This document shows positions 46,258 to 54,678 of a DNA stretch of 64,000 nucleotides, piece by piece. The stretch is from NCBI GenBank assembly GCA_965263035.1, contig OZ253580.1:4128001-4192000 (forward strand), read 5' to 3'. Numbering within the stretch: the stretch's first letter is position 1; each line of letters opens with the position of its first letter. The position numbers and the translations under genes are program-made. Source of the stretch: Acidobacteriota bacterium (lineage in GTDB: Bacteria; Acidobacteriota; UBA6911; RPQK01; JAJDTT01). The notes beneath the pieces were generated by a model that did not search any database, was not told the origin of the DNA, and worked only from the letters and a program-made list of their open reading frames with translations.

Positions 46258-46330
46258 TTAAGAGATCCGAATGAACAACGTCAGCGGCTTCCGGGGCGCT
46301 CGACAGAACTCACCGTCACCGGAAAGGGGC

Positions 46331-46470
46331 TCAGGGAGCGCCACTCAGGTCCAGCGCCAGACTCTGGATGGAGCCCCCGTAGACCAGGTGTTCCACCCCG
46401 CTCCCGTTCAGATTCGCCCGCATGATCACACGCCGGTTCTTCGTCCAGTACATCTTGCCGGCACTCAGGT
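46331..46470 (-). pseudogene. LDL-receptor class B (YWTD) repeat gene fragment
   Basis: GKMYWT...IMRANLNGSGVEHLV...LALD matches a single YWTD repeat. Confidence 0.55.
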
Positions 46471-46591
46471 CCCGGAGCGGGATCACCGGCACTGCCGAGA
46501 GCGACGTTTTCCGTTTCCCGAACCGCAGCCCCAGCGGGGCGAACCGAAAATTGCCGCCTGCCGCTCGCAATAGACGGCAGGAGGAGCGAGC

Positions 46592-46666
46592 ATGAAACGG
46601 AAGCGCTTTACAGAAGAACAAATCATCAGGGTACTGAATCAGGACGAAGCCGGGGCCAAGACGGCC
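46592..46666 (+). pseudogene. IS3-family OrfA N-terminal fragment
   Basis: MKRKRFTEEQIIRVLNQDEAGAKT after AGGAGG; similarity stops abruptly. Confidence 0.7.
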
Positions 46667-46725
46667 GTGTTGACACCTGAAGGTGAGCGTGATGATGTCA
46701 CCCGTGCATCGGTGGGCTGTGCCTT

Positions 46726-47016
46726 CTAACGATTTGTTGTCAGAAGCTCGAAGGTGATCTTGAGCCGGGTGCCAGTTGCGCCCGCGATGCGCTCCAATGT
46801 TTGGGTAGATGGTTTGGTACGGCCGCTCTCAAGCCGAGCGACAACGGACTGAGTTGTCTTCATGAGCCGCGCGAGTTGCTCTTGCGTAAGGCCGGCTTTA
46901 GTACGTGCCGCAATCAGAGCACGGGCAAGTTCGAACTCGGGCTCAAGAGCTTCGTGAGTTTTGCGGTAGTCAGCGTCCTTCATCCACTTCTTGTGTAGGG
47001 AGCGTACCTTACTCAT
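46726..47016 (-). CDS. XRE-family HTH antitoxin
   Basis: ARTKAGLTQEQLA...TQSVVARLESG...PSTQTL; directly downstream of a RelE-like toxin. Confidence 0.88.
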   Translation of the reverse strand: MSKVRSLHKKWMKDADYRKTHEALEPEFELARALIAARTKAGLTQEQLARLMKTTQSVVARLESGRTKPSTQTLERIAGATGTRLKITFELLTTNR

Positions 47017-47343
47017 CGCAGCACCTCCTTTGAACGTTTCAGGGCCAGATCAATCTCACGTTTTGGGGTCCTCCGGGTCTTTTTGACGAAGACGCGCACC
47101 ACAACCACGCGCTGCCCAGTTGCCGTTACGTACGTAGATTGCCCGTGAGATGCCGTCCTTACCCTTCATGCGCATTTCCCACAAGAGACCCTGCACGTGC
47201 TTGACGTGCGGTTCACGAACGCGGTCCAAGCCAAACTCCTCGATCAATCGGGAGATGTAACTGAAACGGACGCGCATGTCAGCGGGCAGCGCTTCGAGTT
47301 CTGCATCGACGACATCACTTAGGGTTTCTACTGTCCATGCCAA
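47013..47343 (-). pseudogene. RelE/ParE (phage Gp49-like) toxin, frameshifted
   Basis: REPHVKHVQGLLWEMRMKGKDGISRAIY; a 4-bp duplication at 47127-47136 shifts the C-terminus (FVKKTRRTPKREIDLA) out of frame. Confidence 0.8.
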
Positions 47344-47459
47344 GCGGACACCAATTATAGCATTTTTGCTATAGTCCGCAACCGATTGTGTGGATTTCAG
47401 GACATGTGAGATTTCTTTTCAGGTAGCCGATTGTAAGGTGGCAAGGAAAGCGTGTGGAG

Positions 47460-47932
47460 TCAAAAGGTCGAGAGCACGCAGCCTTCCGGCAATGTCGGCT
47501 CCATCGATTCACCCATCAAGCTGATGCTGCTGCACCGGTCGGCGACCAGACCCTGCCGAGACAACCATTCGTGCCTGAAGTACGCGTAGGCCTTCACCTC
47601 TTCGTCCGGATCCAGGGCGCCACTGCCGGCTGCCGTCCGCAGCCTGCGAACCGGCATGGGCCGAGCGGCGGGAAGTCGGCGGATCTCAGGTGTGATTCCC
47701 CCTATCACAAGTTCTGCCGACGGCGTGGGATCCTCCGTCAGTCCCACCAAATAGTCGAGCGAGACGCCCAACTTGCGCGGTGATTTGACGGCCCCATCCA
47801 GAAGCAGCACCGAGTGACCCGCCTCCACATGGGAGATCATAGGCTGGTCGTAACGAGACCCCAGCGCGCCCACTAGATTCACCTGCCGTAGGTTAGCCCG
47901 CTTGCGAGCCCCTCCAAACGCTTTCCCGGCAT
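47460..47932 (-). pseudogene. CI-like HTH/S24 peptidase repressor remnant
   Basis: HTH ..LGVSLDYLVG, AAGSG cleavage motif, GESMEPTL; frameshift near the start and truncated before the catalytic Lys. Confidence 0.7.
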
Positions 47933-48006
47933 GGAGCCTAATTAGTCAGAAAAAATTCTTGAGGGATGAACATATCTCATGTAGTTCCTAAATAAGGAGG
48001 AGATGC

Positions 48007-48939
48007 ATGGGCATCTATAAGGTGAAGGATCGCCGGGGGAGGAGGCGATACGTCGTCAAAAGGAAGAGGCAGGTCCAGCCGGCCACGGTGAACCGCGACA
48101 TCGCCGCCATCAGCAAGCTGTTTTCCTATGCGCTGGAGTGCGGGGAAGTCGACACGCATCCGCTGGTCCGGTTCCCCAAACTGAAGGAGCCCAAGAAGGT
48201 CTGCCGGCCTCTGACGGTCGAGCAGTTCCGTAATCTGGTCGAGGCGGTGGACAACCCTTACCTGCAAAGCATGGTTGCAGTGATCGGCGAGACGGGGATT
48301 CGAAAAGGCGAAGCTTTGTCGCTTACCTGGAATCGGGTGGATTTGGCTCGGCGGTTTCTATCAGCCCGTGGCAAAAGTCGTCACGGCATTCGACCGTCCC
48401 TGCATCCCGGCGGACTGCGTTACGACTCGGTCACATACTCCCGGTATGCTCCCTCATCGCGCCTTGTCCGGCGGGCGCAGGAACGGTCTCGGTGCTCGCG
48501 CGACTTTCACCACGGACTGCTATGGGTGGAATTCACCAAAGACGACGAGCCGAGGGAGATTCCGCTCTCAAAGTACGCCACCGGATACCTGGCCGGGCTG
48601 GTTCGCTATCTGAACATCCCTTACGTCTTTGTCAACAGCAGAACAGGGACGAGATGGGTGAATCCCGACAAGCCGTTGCGCCGGGCCGCCGAGCGGGTGG
48701 GGTTGAAAGTCGGGTTTCATGATCTGAGGCGATTCCGCTGCAGCCAGTGGCTGATGCAGTGGGTGGACGTGAGAACGGTGCAGAAGCTGATGGGGCACTC
48801 GGCGATCAGCACGACGATGCGCTACGCGGGGTACGTCAGTTCCCATGCACTTGCAAGTATTCGGGAGGCACAGGCTAATGAAGACTCACAAATGCAACAG
48901 GCAACAAACAGGCAACGGGTAGGAAGCAAGGGGGAATGA
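48007..48939 (+). CDS. tyrosine recombinase/phage integrase with an N-terminal deletion and an in-frame MITE insertion (probably degenerate)
   Basis: TGIRKGE, TK, FHDLRR, MGHS, TMRY catalytic residues; AGGAGG RBS. Confidence 0.8.
   Translation: MGIYKVKDRRGRRRYVVKRKRQVQPATVNRDIAAISKLFSYALECGEVDTHPLVRFPKLKEPKKVCRPLTVEQFRNLVEAVDNPYLQSMVAVIGETGIRKGEALSLTWNRVDLARRFLSARGKSRHGIRPSLHPGGLRYDSVTYSRYAPSSRLVRRAQERSRCSRDFHHGLLWVEFTKDDEPREIPLSKYATGYLAGLVRYLNIPYVFVNSRTGTRWVNPDKPLRRAAERVGLKVGFHDLRRFRCSQWLMQWVDVRTVQKLMGHSAISTTMRYAGYVSSHALASIREAQANEDSQMQQATNRQRVGSKGE
48362..48519. mobile_element. MITE, copy 2 (158 bp), inside the integrase gene
   Basis: IR CAGCCCGTGGCAAAAGTCG / CGACTTTCACCACGGACTG (16/19); CTAT TSD at 48358-48361 and 48520-48523. 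Confidence 0.9.
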
Positions 48940-49053
48940 TTAGAGGGGAGAATTTGGATAACCGGTTGGAAAGAAAGGATTATACCAGCAGCTCTACTGG
49001 ACAGGGCCACGGACTTTCAGTCCGCCTCCCCGTCCCCCCCCTCCCACCGGAAT

Positions 49054-49077
49054 CGGAGGCTCGAAACCCGCCGCTCC
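49054..49077 (-). repeat. GGAG-type REP-like hairpin
   Basis: Reverse complement GGAGCGGCGGGTTTCGAGCCTCCG is similar to the 14304 units. Confidence 0.5.
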
Positions 49078-49091
49078 GGCGCAGCCGTCCG

Positions 49092-50636
49092 TCAAACAAA
49101 CGCGAACGAGAACAGTTGGGCCTTCTCCATAAAGAATCGGATCTTGCGAAACCGCTCGAATTCCGGCGCCGGGTACGGGGCCGTCTCCTCGGGCAAGGCC
49201 GGCATCTCGGTCCGGCCCTTCCAGGAAAAGGTATGTTCGACCGAATCTCCCCGAAAGACATCGCACTCTTCACGGCTGAACCCGGGGATGACTCGATCGC
49301 GGAGATCGACGATTTCGGCAGCGATGGAGCCCCCACCGTAACATCGCATATTGGCCCTCAACCGCCGTCCCTCGGAGATCAAAGGCCGGGTCACCAGGAT
49401 GCCGCGCCGCGTGGGGCCGGCGTCCAGAGAGACGAACCCGTCCACCCGCAACTTGGCCAGACCCAGGGCGTAGTTGACCCCGTCCGGGTCCGTCACCTCG
49501 GGTACGTCCAAACCCTCCCGGGCACCGGAAATCCACCAATCGTGATGGTTGGAAGAACCACCGTGATAGATGAAGAGCTCGTCTCCAACCCGGATGGGCT
49601 CGTGGGTGATGGTGGCCATGTAGGCGTCCCAGTGGCCTTCGCCTCGGGGTGTGAGGAAGGGCTGGCGTTTGTTCAAGTGGTGCCACGTCTTCCCGTTACG
49701 GCTGTAAACGAGTCGGACTCCCATCTCATTCGAGACGTAGCTCATGGTGTTGAGGAACCCCATTTGCACGCCGCCGGCTGCAAATGGGTAGAAGCCGTAG
49801 TAGGTCTCGTCCAGGCCGTCTTCGCCGTCCTCGGGAGTCAATGCCGCATAGGGCTCCGACCAATGGATCATGTCGGCACTCTCCGTCTGCCAGATCCGCC
49901 GTTTGTTGATGCGGCGCCAATCCAGGGGATAATAGGGCGGACAGATCGTCCACGCTTCCAGCTCCGGATTGTCCAGGTTCCGGGCGATGGCGTACATGTC
50001 GTAGTGGCGCATGTTGAGGATGAAGATCCGGCCGAAGGGATCGTAGGAGAGCGCGTTCGAATCATCCATTTTGGACCCCGACCGGCCCATCTGGGGCCGT
50101 TCCGGCAGGTCGTTCCAGTGCCTCAGGTCTTCGGACGTGGCCGCCATCACCTTCCAGGAGGATTCGAACAGCTTCTTGGGGAGATAGCTGAGATAGATGG
50201 CTTTGAATCGCCGGGCAGCCTCCTCCTCGTGGGGATCGAGAATATAGGTCATGCCGTAGGCGTTGGGGATGACGATGTTGGTGTTCCGGTCACCATGTTG
50301 GAACACGTCGAGTTCCGGCTTTCGCCAGTGCACCCCGTCGTCGGACTCGGCGTACAGGAGATGGAACGCTGGTGGATCGTGAGGTGTCTTTCCCCGGTTC
50401 CAGATCTGATAGACGCATTTGAAGATCCCGTCCGTGGGGTCGCGAACCACGCGGGAGCCGTTGAAGGTGAAATAGGTGATCTGTTCCCAGGGCCGGTCTC
50501 TGACGATGACCGGATTCTCGACCCGGGTCGGCTGGTGCCAGGTTCGGCAGACGTTCTCCACCGACTCGATGACCAGGTCGTCGACGAAGACCTGCTTGGA
50601 ATGTCCGATGTCCAACATCGTGGGTTCATAGATCAT
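49092..50636 (-). CDS. GH32/GH43-like beta-propeller glycosidase-like protein, copy B
   Basis: 514 aa; about 17 residue differences from 41433-42977 by manual comparison. Confidence 0.75.
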   Translation of the reverse strand: MIYEPTMLDIGHSKQVFVDDLVIESVENVCRTWHQPTRVENPVIVRDRPWEQITYFTFNGSRVVRDPTDGIFKCVYQIWNRGKTPHDPPAFHLLYAESDDGVHWRKPELDVFQHGDRNTNIVIPNAYGMTYILDPHEEEAARRFKAIYLSYLPKKLFESSWKVMAATSEDLRHWNDLPERPQMGRSGSKMDDSNALSYDPFGRIFILNMRHYDMYAIARNLDNPELEAWTICPPYYPLDWRRINKRRIWQTESADMIHWSEPYAALTPEDGEDGLDETYYGFYPFAAGGVQMGFLNTMSYVSNEMGVRLVYSRNGKTWHHLNKRQPFLTPRGEGHWDAYMATITHEPIRVGDELFIYHGGSSNHHDWWISGAREGLDVPEVTDPDGVNYALGLAKLRVDGFVSLDAGPTRRGILVTRPLISEGRRLRANMRCYGGGSIAAEIVDLRDRVIPGFSREECDVFRGDSVEHTFSWKGRTEMPALPEETAPYPAPEFERFRKIRFFMEKAQLFSFAFV

Positions 50637-50965
50637 CTTGGGTTCTCCTTTTCGGTATTGGAGCCGTGCCGCTCAAACCGGTATTCAACCGGGATCGGCC
50701 CACCGCTTACAGTCTTCGTGAAACCGTTATTCGGCGGTCCATCCCGCCTGCCCGGGTGACAGGGCAACCACAAGGGTCGCGTCCAAAAGAGTTGCCACCA
50801 TTTGCGCTTAAATTCACCGGCACGTCAAGCCTGGAGACTTGGGACTGCGCGTCGCTCCGGCAGCGTCGGTTGGAATGAAGCGGATTCGTCGCCTAGAATC
50901 CATCGGTAGAACTAACTTGGCACCCTGATTCCTCAGATGGTCGTTTGAATGGGAGCCTGGGCTGT

Positions 50966-51721
50966 ATGAGCGACAGAACAAAGATTTCTCCTGAGGTCGT
51001 CGCGGCCTTTACCGATTCTATCCAGCATATTCTGGATAGAATCATGGAAGAAACGATTCGAGCCGAGGAGCCGGACGATCCTTTTGATTTCGACGAGCAG
51101 TCCTTCGAAGTCGTAGTGGCCGTTATCCAAATCCACCTGCAGAACTACAGTTGCCTCATCACGTGTTGTGAGAGTTGGATGCGTGAGCTCAAGGTGGGCG
51201 ACGACGTCGCGGTAGTGCATCGCGCGATGGGTCGGGTTGAAGCATACGTAGACACATTACGGGTAATGTCGGCGGAGATTCGTTCATGGCGCGCTACTGG
51301 AGAATATGCCGTTGCCAGACATCTGTTGGCCTCTGTCTATGAGCATATGCTGCACGATATCCAGGCATTCTTCGAGAGGGTTGTTGAAGCGGTTGCGGAT
51401 CCAATCGCCGCAGCCGAAAAGCAGGAGCTTGCGACGCTCGACTCGGTAGAGAGCTCCAGAGTGACAATTGACCATGACGCGCAAACGGTGGATATGGAAC
51501 TTATCTATGAAATGACGCCGGCACCGGCGCTGTCCGAGTTGGTGGTATGGATGAGGCGTATGCTCCGGCGCGAAGAACAGGAGTCTAATGCCACGGGTCA
51601 CGCACTGCGGCACAAGTACGACTCCTCCCGAACGAGGCACGAGCGCGGCTCCATTTTATCTTCGAGTTTTTTATATGGAGGTCTAATTGGATTGGGGCTC
51701 GGTATGTTGGACGATGATTGA
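50966..51721 (+). CDS. hypothetical acidic, helical protein
   Basis: Open frame with lower GC than its neighbours; hydrophobic Gly-rich C-terminal tail; no recognised family. Confidence 0.55.
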   Translation: MSDRTKISPEVVAAFTDSIQHILDRIMEETIRAEEPDDPFDFDEQSFEVVVAVIQIHLQNYSCLITCCESWMRELKVGDDVAVVHRAMGRVEAYVDTLRVMSAEIRSWRATGEYAVARHLLASVYEHMLHDIQAFFERVVEAVADPIAAAEKQELATLDSVESSRVTIDHDAQTVDMELIYEMTPAPALSELVVWMRRMLRREEQESNATGHALRHKYDSSRTRHERGSILSSSFLYGGLIGLGLGMLDDD

Positions 51722-51759
51722 CGCTATGTAAGGCGCGTCAATGAAGTGGGCAGTGCCCC

Positions 51760-54441
51760 TCACGCCCGCTCCAGCTCACGGATGACGCGATCGCAGTTGA
51801 GCACCTTCTCCGCCAGATCCAGCGGGCGATAGTAGTAGTGGTTGGACGCCTCGTATCCGATTCTGGAGTCCTGTCGGGCAATCGGATAGAGCCGTCGAGC
51901 CAGGTCGATCTCATCCCGGGCGACTGACGCCATCTTCGCCCGGACCTGCCGGAGGTCGCCGGTCCCGGACTCCAACTGCTGGCGGAGGATGTAGAACATC
52001 ACCTGATTAGCAACGCTGCGAAAGTGGATGAAGCAGGTCTCGCTGACCCCCAGGTCTTTCCTCGCCTCCGCCCGCAGGTGCTCCGGAACTTGCTTCAGGG
52101 CTCTCCGTAGGGCGCCGAGTCCCTTTTCCCATTTCTCCGACATCGTGTGGAACTGTTTCTGCACCACCTCTTCCGGGTAGGCGCCGCGCCAGCCCGGCAC
52201 GTCGTCATGGGGGAACAGAATCATGCGGGATCGGTGACCCGTGGGATTCGACCGCAACAGATTGGCGGGTCCGTGCTGGACCGGGATCATGTAGATGCTG
52301 ATCCCGTACGGAAACTCTTCGAAGGCGTCACTGAAGGCCTTCCATGCCGCCTTGACCAGTGGCGCGGACTTCGGACCGTAATGGCGCTCCGCCACCTGCG
52401 TCAGGACCTCGTCGGGATCCGGCGTCGGCCACCGGCAATATTCCCGAGCGACCTCCAGATTGGGCGAAGGGTACCCGCCCACCGTCCAAGAGAGCATGAG
52501 ACCCTCGATTCCCACTCTCAAGAGGTTCTCGAGATGCCGCTGGGTCAGGTTCAGGACCGGTATGTAGGGGACAGCTGACATCTCCCAGCTGTTGTTGATC
52601 TGGATCTTGGCCAGGGCGCTGATCCCCCTCTGTCGCGCGGCCGTCCAGTGGCGCACCGCCCTCGGTCCCGGACCGACCACGGAGACGGAGTACTCGCCGA
52701 CCTGGGTGCGGACTCCGCCGCGGTGGACCGGTTGTTCCCACTCGCTGATGCTGAGCAGACGGACGTCTTGCGGAAGGCTGCGAATGGTGGCAAACGGGTC
52801 ATTGCCGTTCGGCACCCAGGAGTGCCCCCAGCCCCAGTCCCAGAAGATGATCTCGGCCTTTCGGCTGCTGCTGCGGATGCCGTCGCGGATTGCCTTCAGC
52901 ACGGCAGCCACCGTCTCCGAGGGGTCGATCCCGGGGCAACGCGGGCAGTTCTCGGGACGCCCTCTGGAGAAGCAGTTGGTCAGGTTCTCCGACATGGTGA
53001 TGTTGACGATTCCTCCCAGGTCCGGAACCTGGGCGAAGACGTGGCTCAGACCTTCCGAGACCCACTGGAGGACCGGCTCCGTGTTGGTGCACATGGCGAA
53101 GTAGCGGGGATCGGCGACATCGTATGTGCCCTGGATCTCGGGACGGCCCCGAAAAAAGGACTCGGGCATGGCTCGGGGTTCGTTGATGTAGAGCAGGACC
53201 TTCATGCCGTACTTGGCACATCGGTTCACCAGCCGGTTGAGCCGTTCGAGGCGTGTCTGCCAACCCTCGCCGAATTCGGGAAAGATGCCGGAAGGGGCGA
53301 GCTGCCGCAGGACGCCCTGCATCCAGACTCCATTGACTCCCAGGCGCGCCAATTTCTCCAGGTATGCCGGCGGGAACGGGTCGATGTCCTCCTCCATCAG
53401 GGGATCCCCGTAGAGGGCGACGTAGGAGTACAGGTAGCTTGTCTCCAGTCGCCGGGCTCTTCGGATCGTCCCCCTGGGCAGGAAGGGACCCTGGCGCTGC
53501 TCCATCCGCATCTGCATCTCGTAGACGGCCTGACGAATTCCCCCCGGATCGGACGCCAGAACCGTCACCGAATCGGCGTCGATCCGGATCTCGAAACTAT
53601 TCGGAACCGACGCGAAGTCCGGATCCAGCAGGAACCGGAGCGTTCGCGCATTCGCCCCCCCGCCTTCGCCGACAGCCTGGGTGGGACACTGCAAGGTGTC
53701 CCGCAGGTAGGCCCGAAACCTCTGAGCCAGCTCATTCAGCTCGGCTTGATCCGGTATCCGAACGGCCCAACCGGAGAGATCGATCTCCTCCCGAGACGCT
53801 TGTGCGCGCGGGTCACGATGCGCCGGGATCTCGCTCCGGCTCAGATCGTGAACGAATCGAAACGGCTCCTCCCCGGTTTCGTGCAAACCTTTTCCAAAGG
53901 TGTCAGACACCAGCCGCCGGATCTCCGATGTCCTGTGCCGCTCCTCGGGAGTCGGAGCCGCCCAACGGATCGGCTCGCATTTCGGTTTGGGTCCGAGCTT
54001 GTAGAACAGGAAGTCGTCTTCCCGCAGAGTGAAGTCGTAATGCTCCCGATCCCAACCGAGCAGGGCGATCAACTGCTCTTCGGGCAGCAGGTGCCAGTTC
54101 TGGCGGATCACGGAGATGTAGATGCGGCGGAGCTGTTCGGCGGTCAGGGTCGGCTTATGGGGAAGGCCCATCGACTCCCCCAATTGAACGATCTGATCGG
54201 CGGTGGTTCCGACGACCCGGGCCATGCGTCCTGCGTTGGCCAATTCCCAGTCTCTCCAGACGAACTGATGGAGCCGAATGGGGAAGTGGGGCTCGGAAAT
54301 GGGAGCCGAGAAGTCCCCATAGCGAGCCTCGATGGGAGCCTGAGGCCGAGCCAGACCGGTCAGAACCGCCGGAGTCGCGACGGCGCCGGCCAGAAACTCT
54401 CTTCGGTTGGGAGACATTCTTCGGATAAATCGCTGCGACAT
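51760..54441 (-). CDS. Tat-exported glycoside-hydrolase-like protein (GH20 domain-2-like plus probable TIM barrel)
   Basis: NRREFL twin-arginine signal; SFEIRIDADSVTVLASDPGGIRQAVY domain-2 pattern; LARLGVNGVW and YGMKVLLY barrel strands. Confidence 0.6.
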   Translation of the reverse strand: MSQRFIRRMSPNRREFLAGAVATPAVLTGLARPQAPIEARYGDFSAPISEPHFPIRLHQFVWRDWELANAGRMARVVGTTADQIVQLGESMGLPHKPTLTAEQLRRIYISVIRQNWHLLPEEQLIALLGWDREHYDFTLREDDFLFYKLGPKPKCEPIRWAAPTPEERHRTSEIRRLVSDTFGKGLHETGEEPFRFVHDLSRSEIPAHRDPRAQASREEIDLSGWAVRIPDQAELNELAQRFRAYLRDTLQCPTQAVGEGGGANARTLRFLLDPDFASVPNSFEIRIDADSVTVLASDPGGIRQAVYEMQMRMEQRQGPFLPRGTIRRARRLETSYLYSYVALYGDPLMEEDIDPFPPAYLEKLARLGVNGVWMQGVLRQLAPSGIFPEFGEGWQTRLERLNRLVNRCAKYGMKVLLYINEPRAMPESFFRGRPEIQGTYDVADPRYFAMCTNTEPVLQWVSEGLSHVFAQVPDLGGIVNITMSENLTNCFSRGRPENCPRCPGIDPSETVAAVLKAIRDGIRSSSRKAEIIFWDWGWGHSWVPNGNDPFATIRSLPQDVRLLSISEWEQPVHRGGVRTQVGEYSVSVVGPGPRAVRHWTAARQRGISALAKIQINNSWEMSAVPYIPVLNLTQRHLENLLRVGIEGLMLSWTVGGYPSPNLEVAREYCRWPTPDPDEVLTQVAERHYGPKSAPLVKAAWKAFSDAFEEFPYGISIYMIPVQHGPANLLRSNPTGHRSRMILFPHDDVPGWRGAYPEEVVQKQFHTMSEKWEKGLGALRRALKQVPEHLRAEARKDLGVSETCFIHFRSVANQVMFYILRQQLESGTGDLRQVRAKMASVARDEIDLARRLYPIARQDSRIGYEASNHYYYRPLDLAEKVLNCDRVIRELERA

Positions 54442-54678
54442 GAACCTGTCTCGAAAAAACTGAAGGAGAGTGCGATTCCTTGACCTGAATTATTGCATTT
54501 TGGGACAATTCGATCATTCAACCAGCGCATTGACTCCACCTTCCAACCGGAGCCAGGCACTCGAGGAAATGGACGACACCGGGCTCTCGATTCAAAACGG
54601 AAGCCAGGGTCCGGCTCGCGCTCTGAGGGTTTGCTTCAGGGCCGGTCCCATGGCCGAAAAGCGGAAAGGGACGAGACC

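Noticed and set aside
49009-49025. tRNA-Phe-like anticodon arm (minus strand GCGGA-CTGAAAG-TCCGT) after the integrase, as a possible att site
   Set aside because: No T-arm, D-arm or acceptor stem; better explained as a degenerate REP-like hairpin
41433-50636. Diversity-generating retroelement template/variable repeat pair
   Set aside because: No reverse transcriptase; the differences are not adenine-specific and whole genes are duplicated
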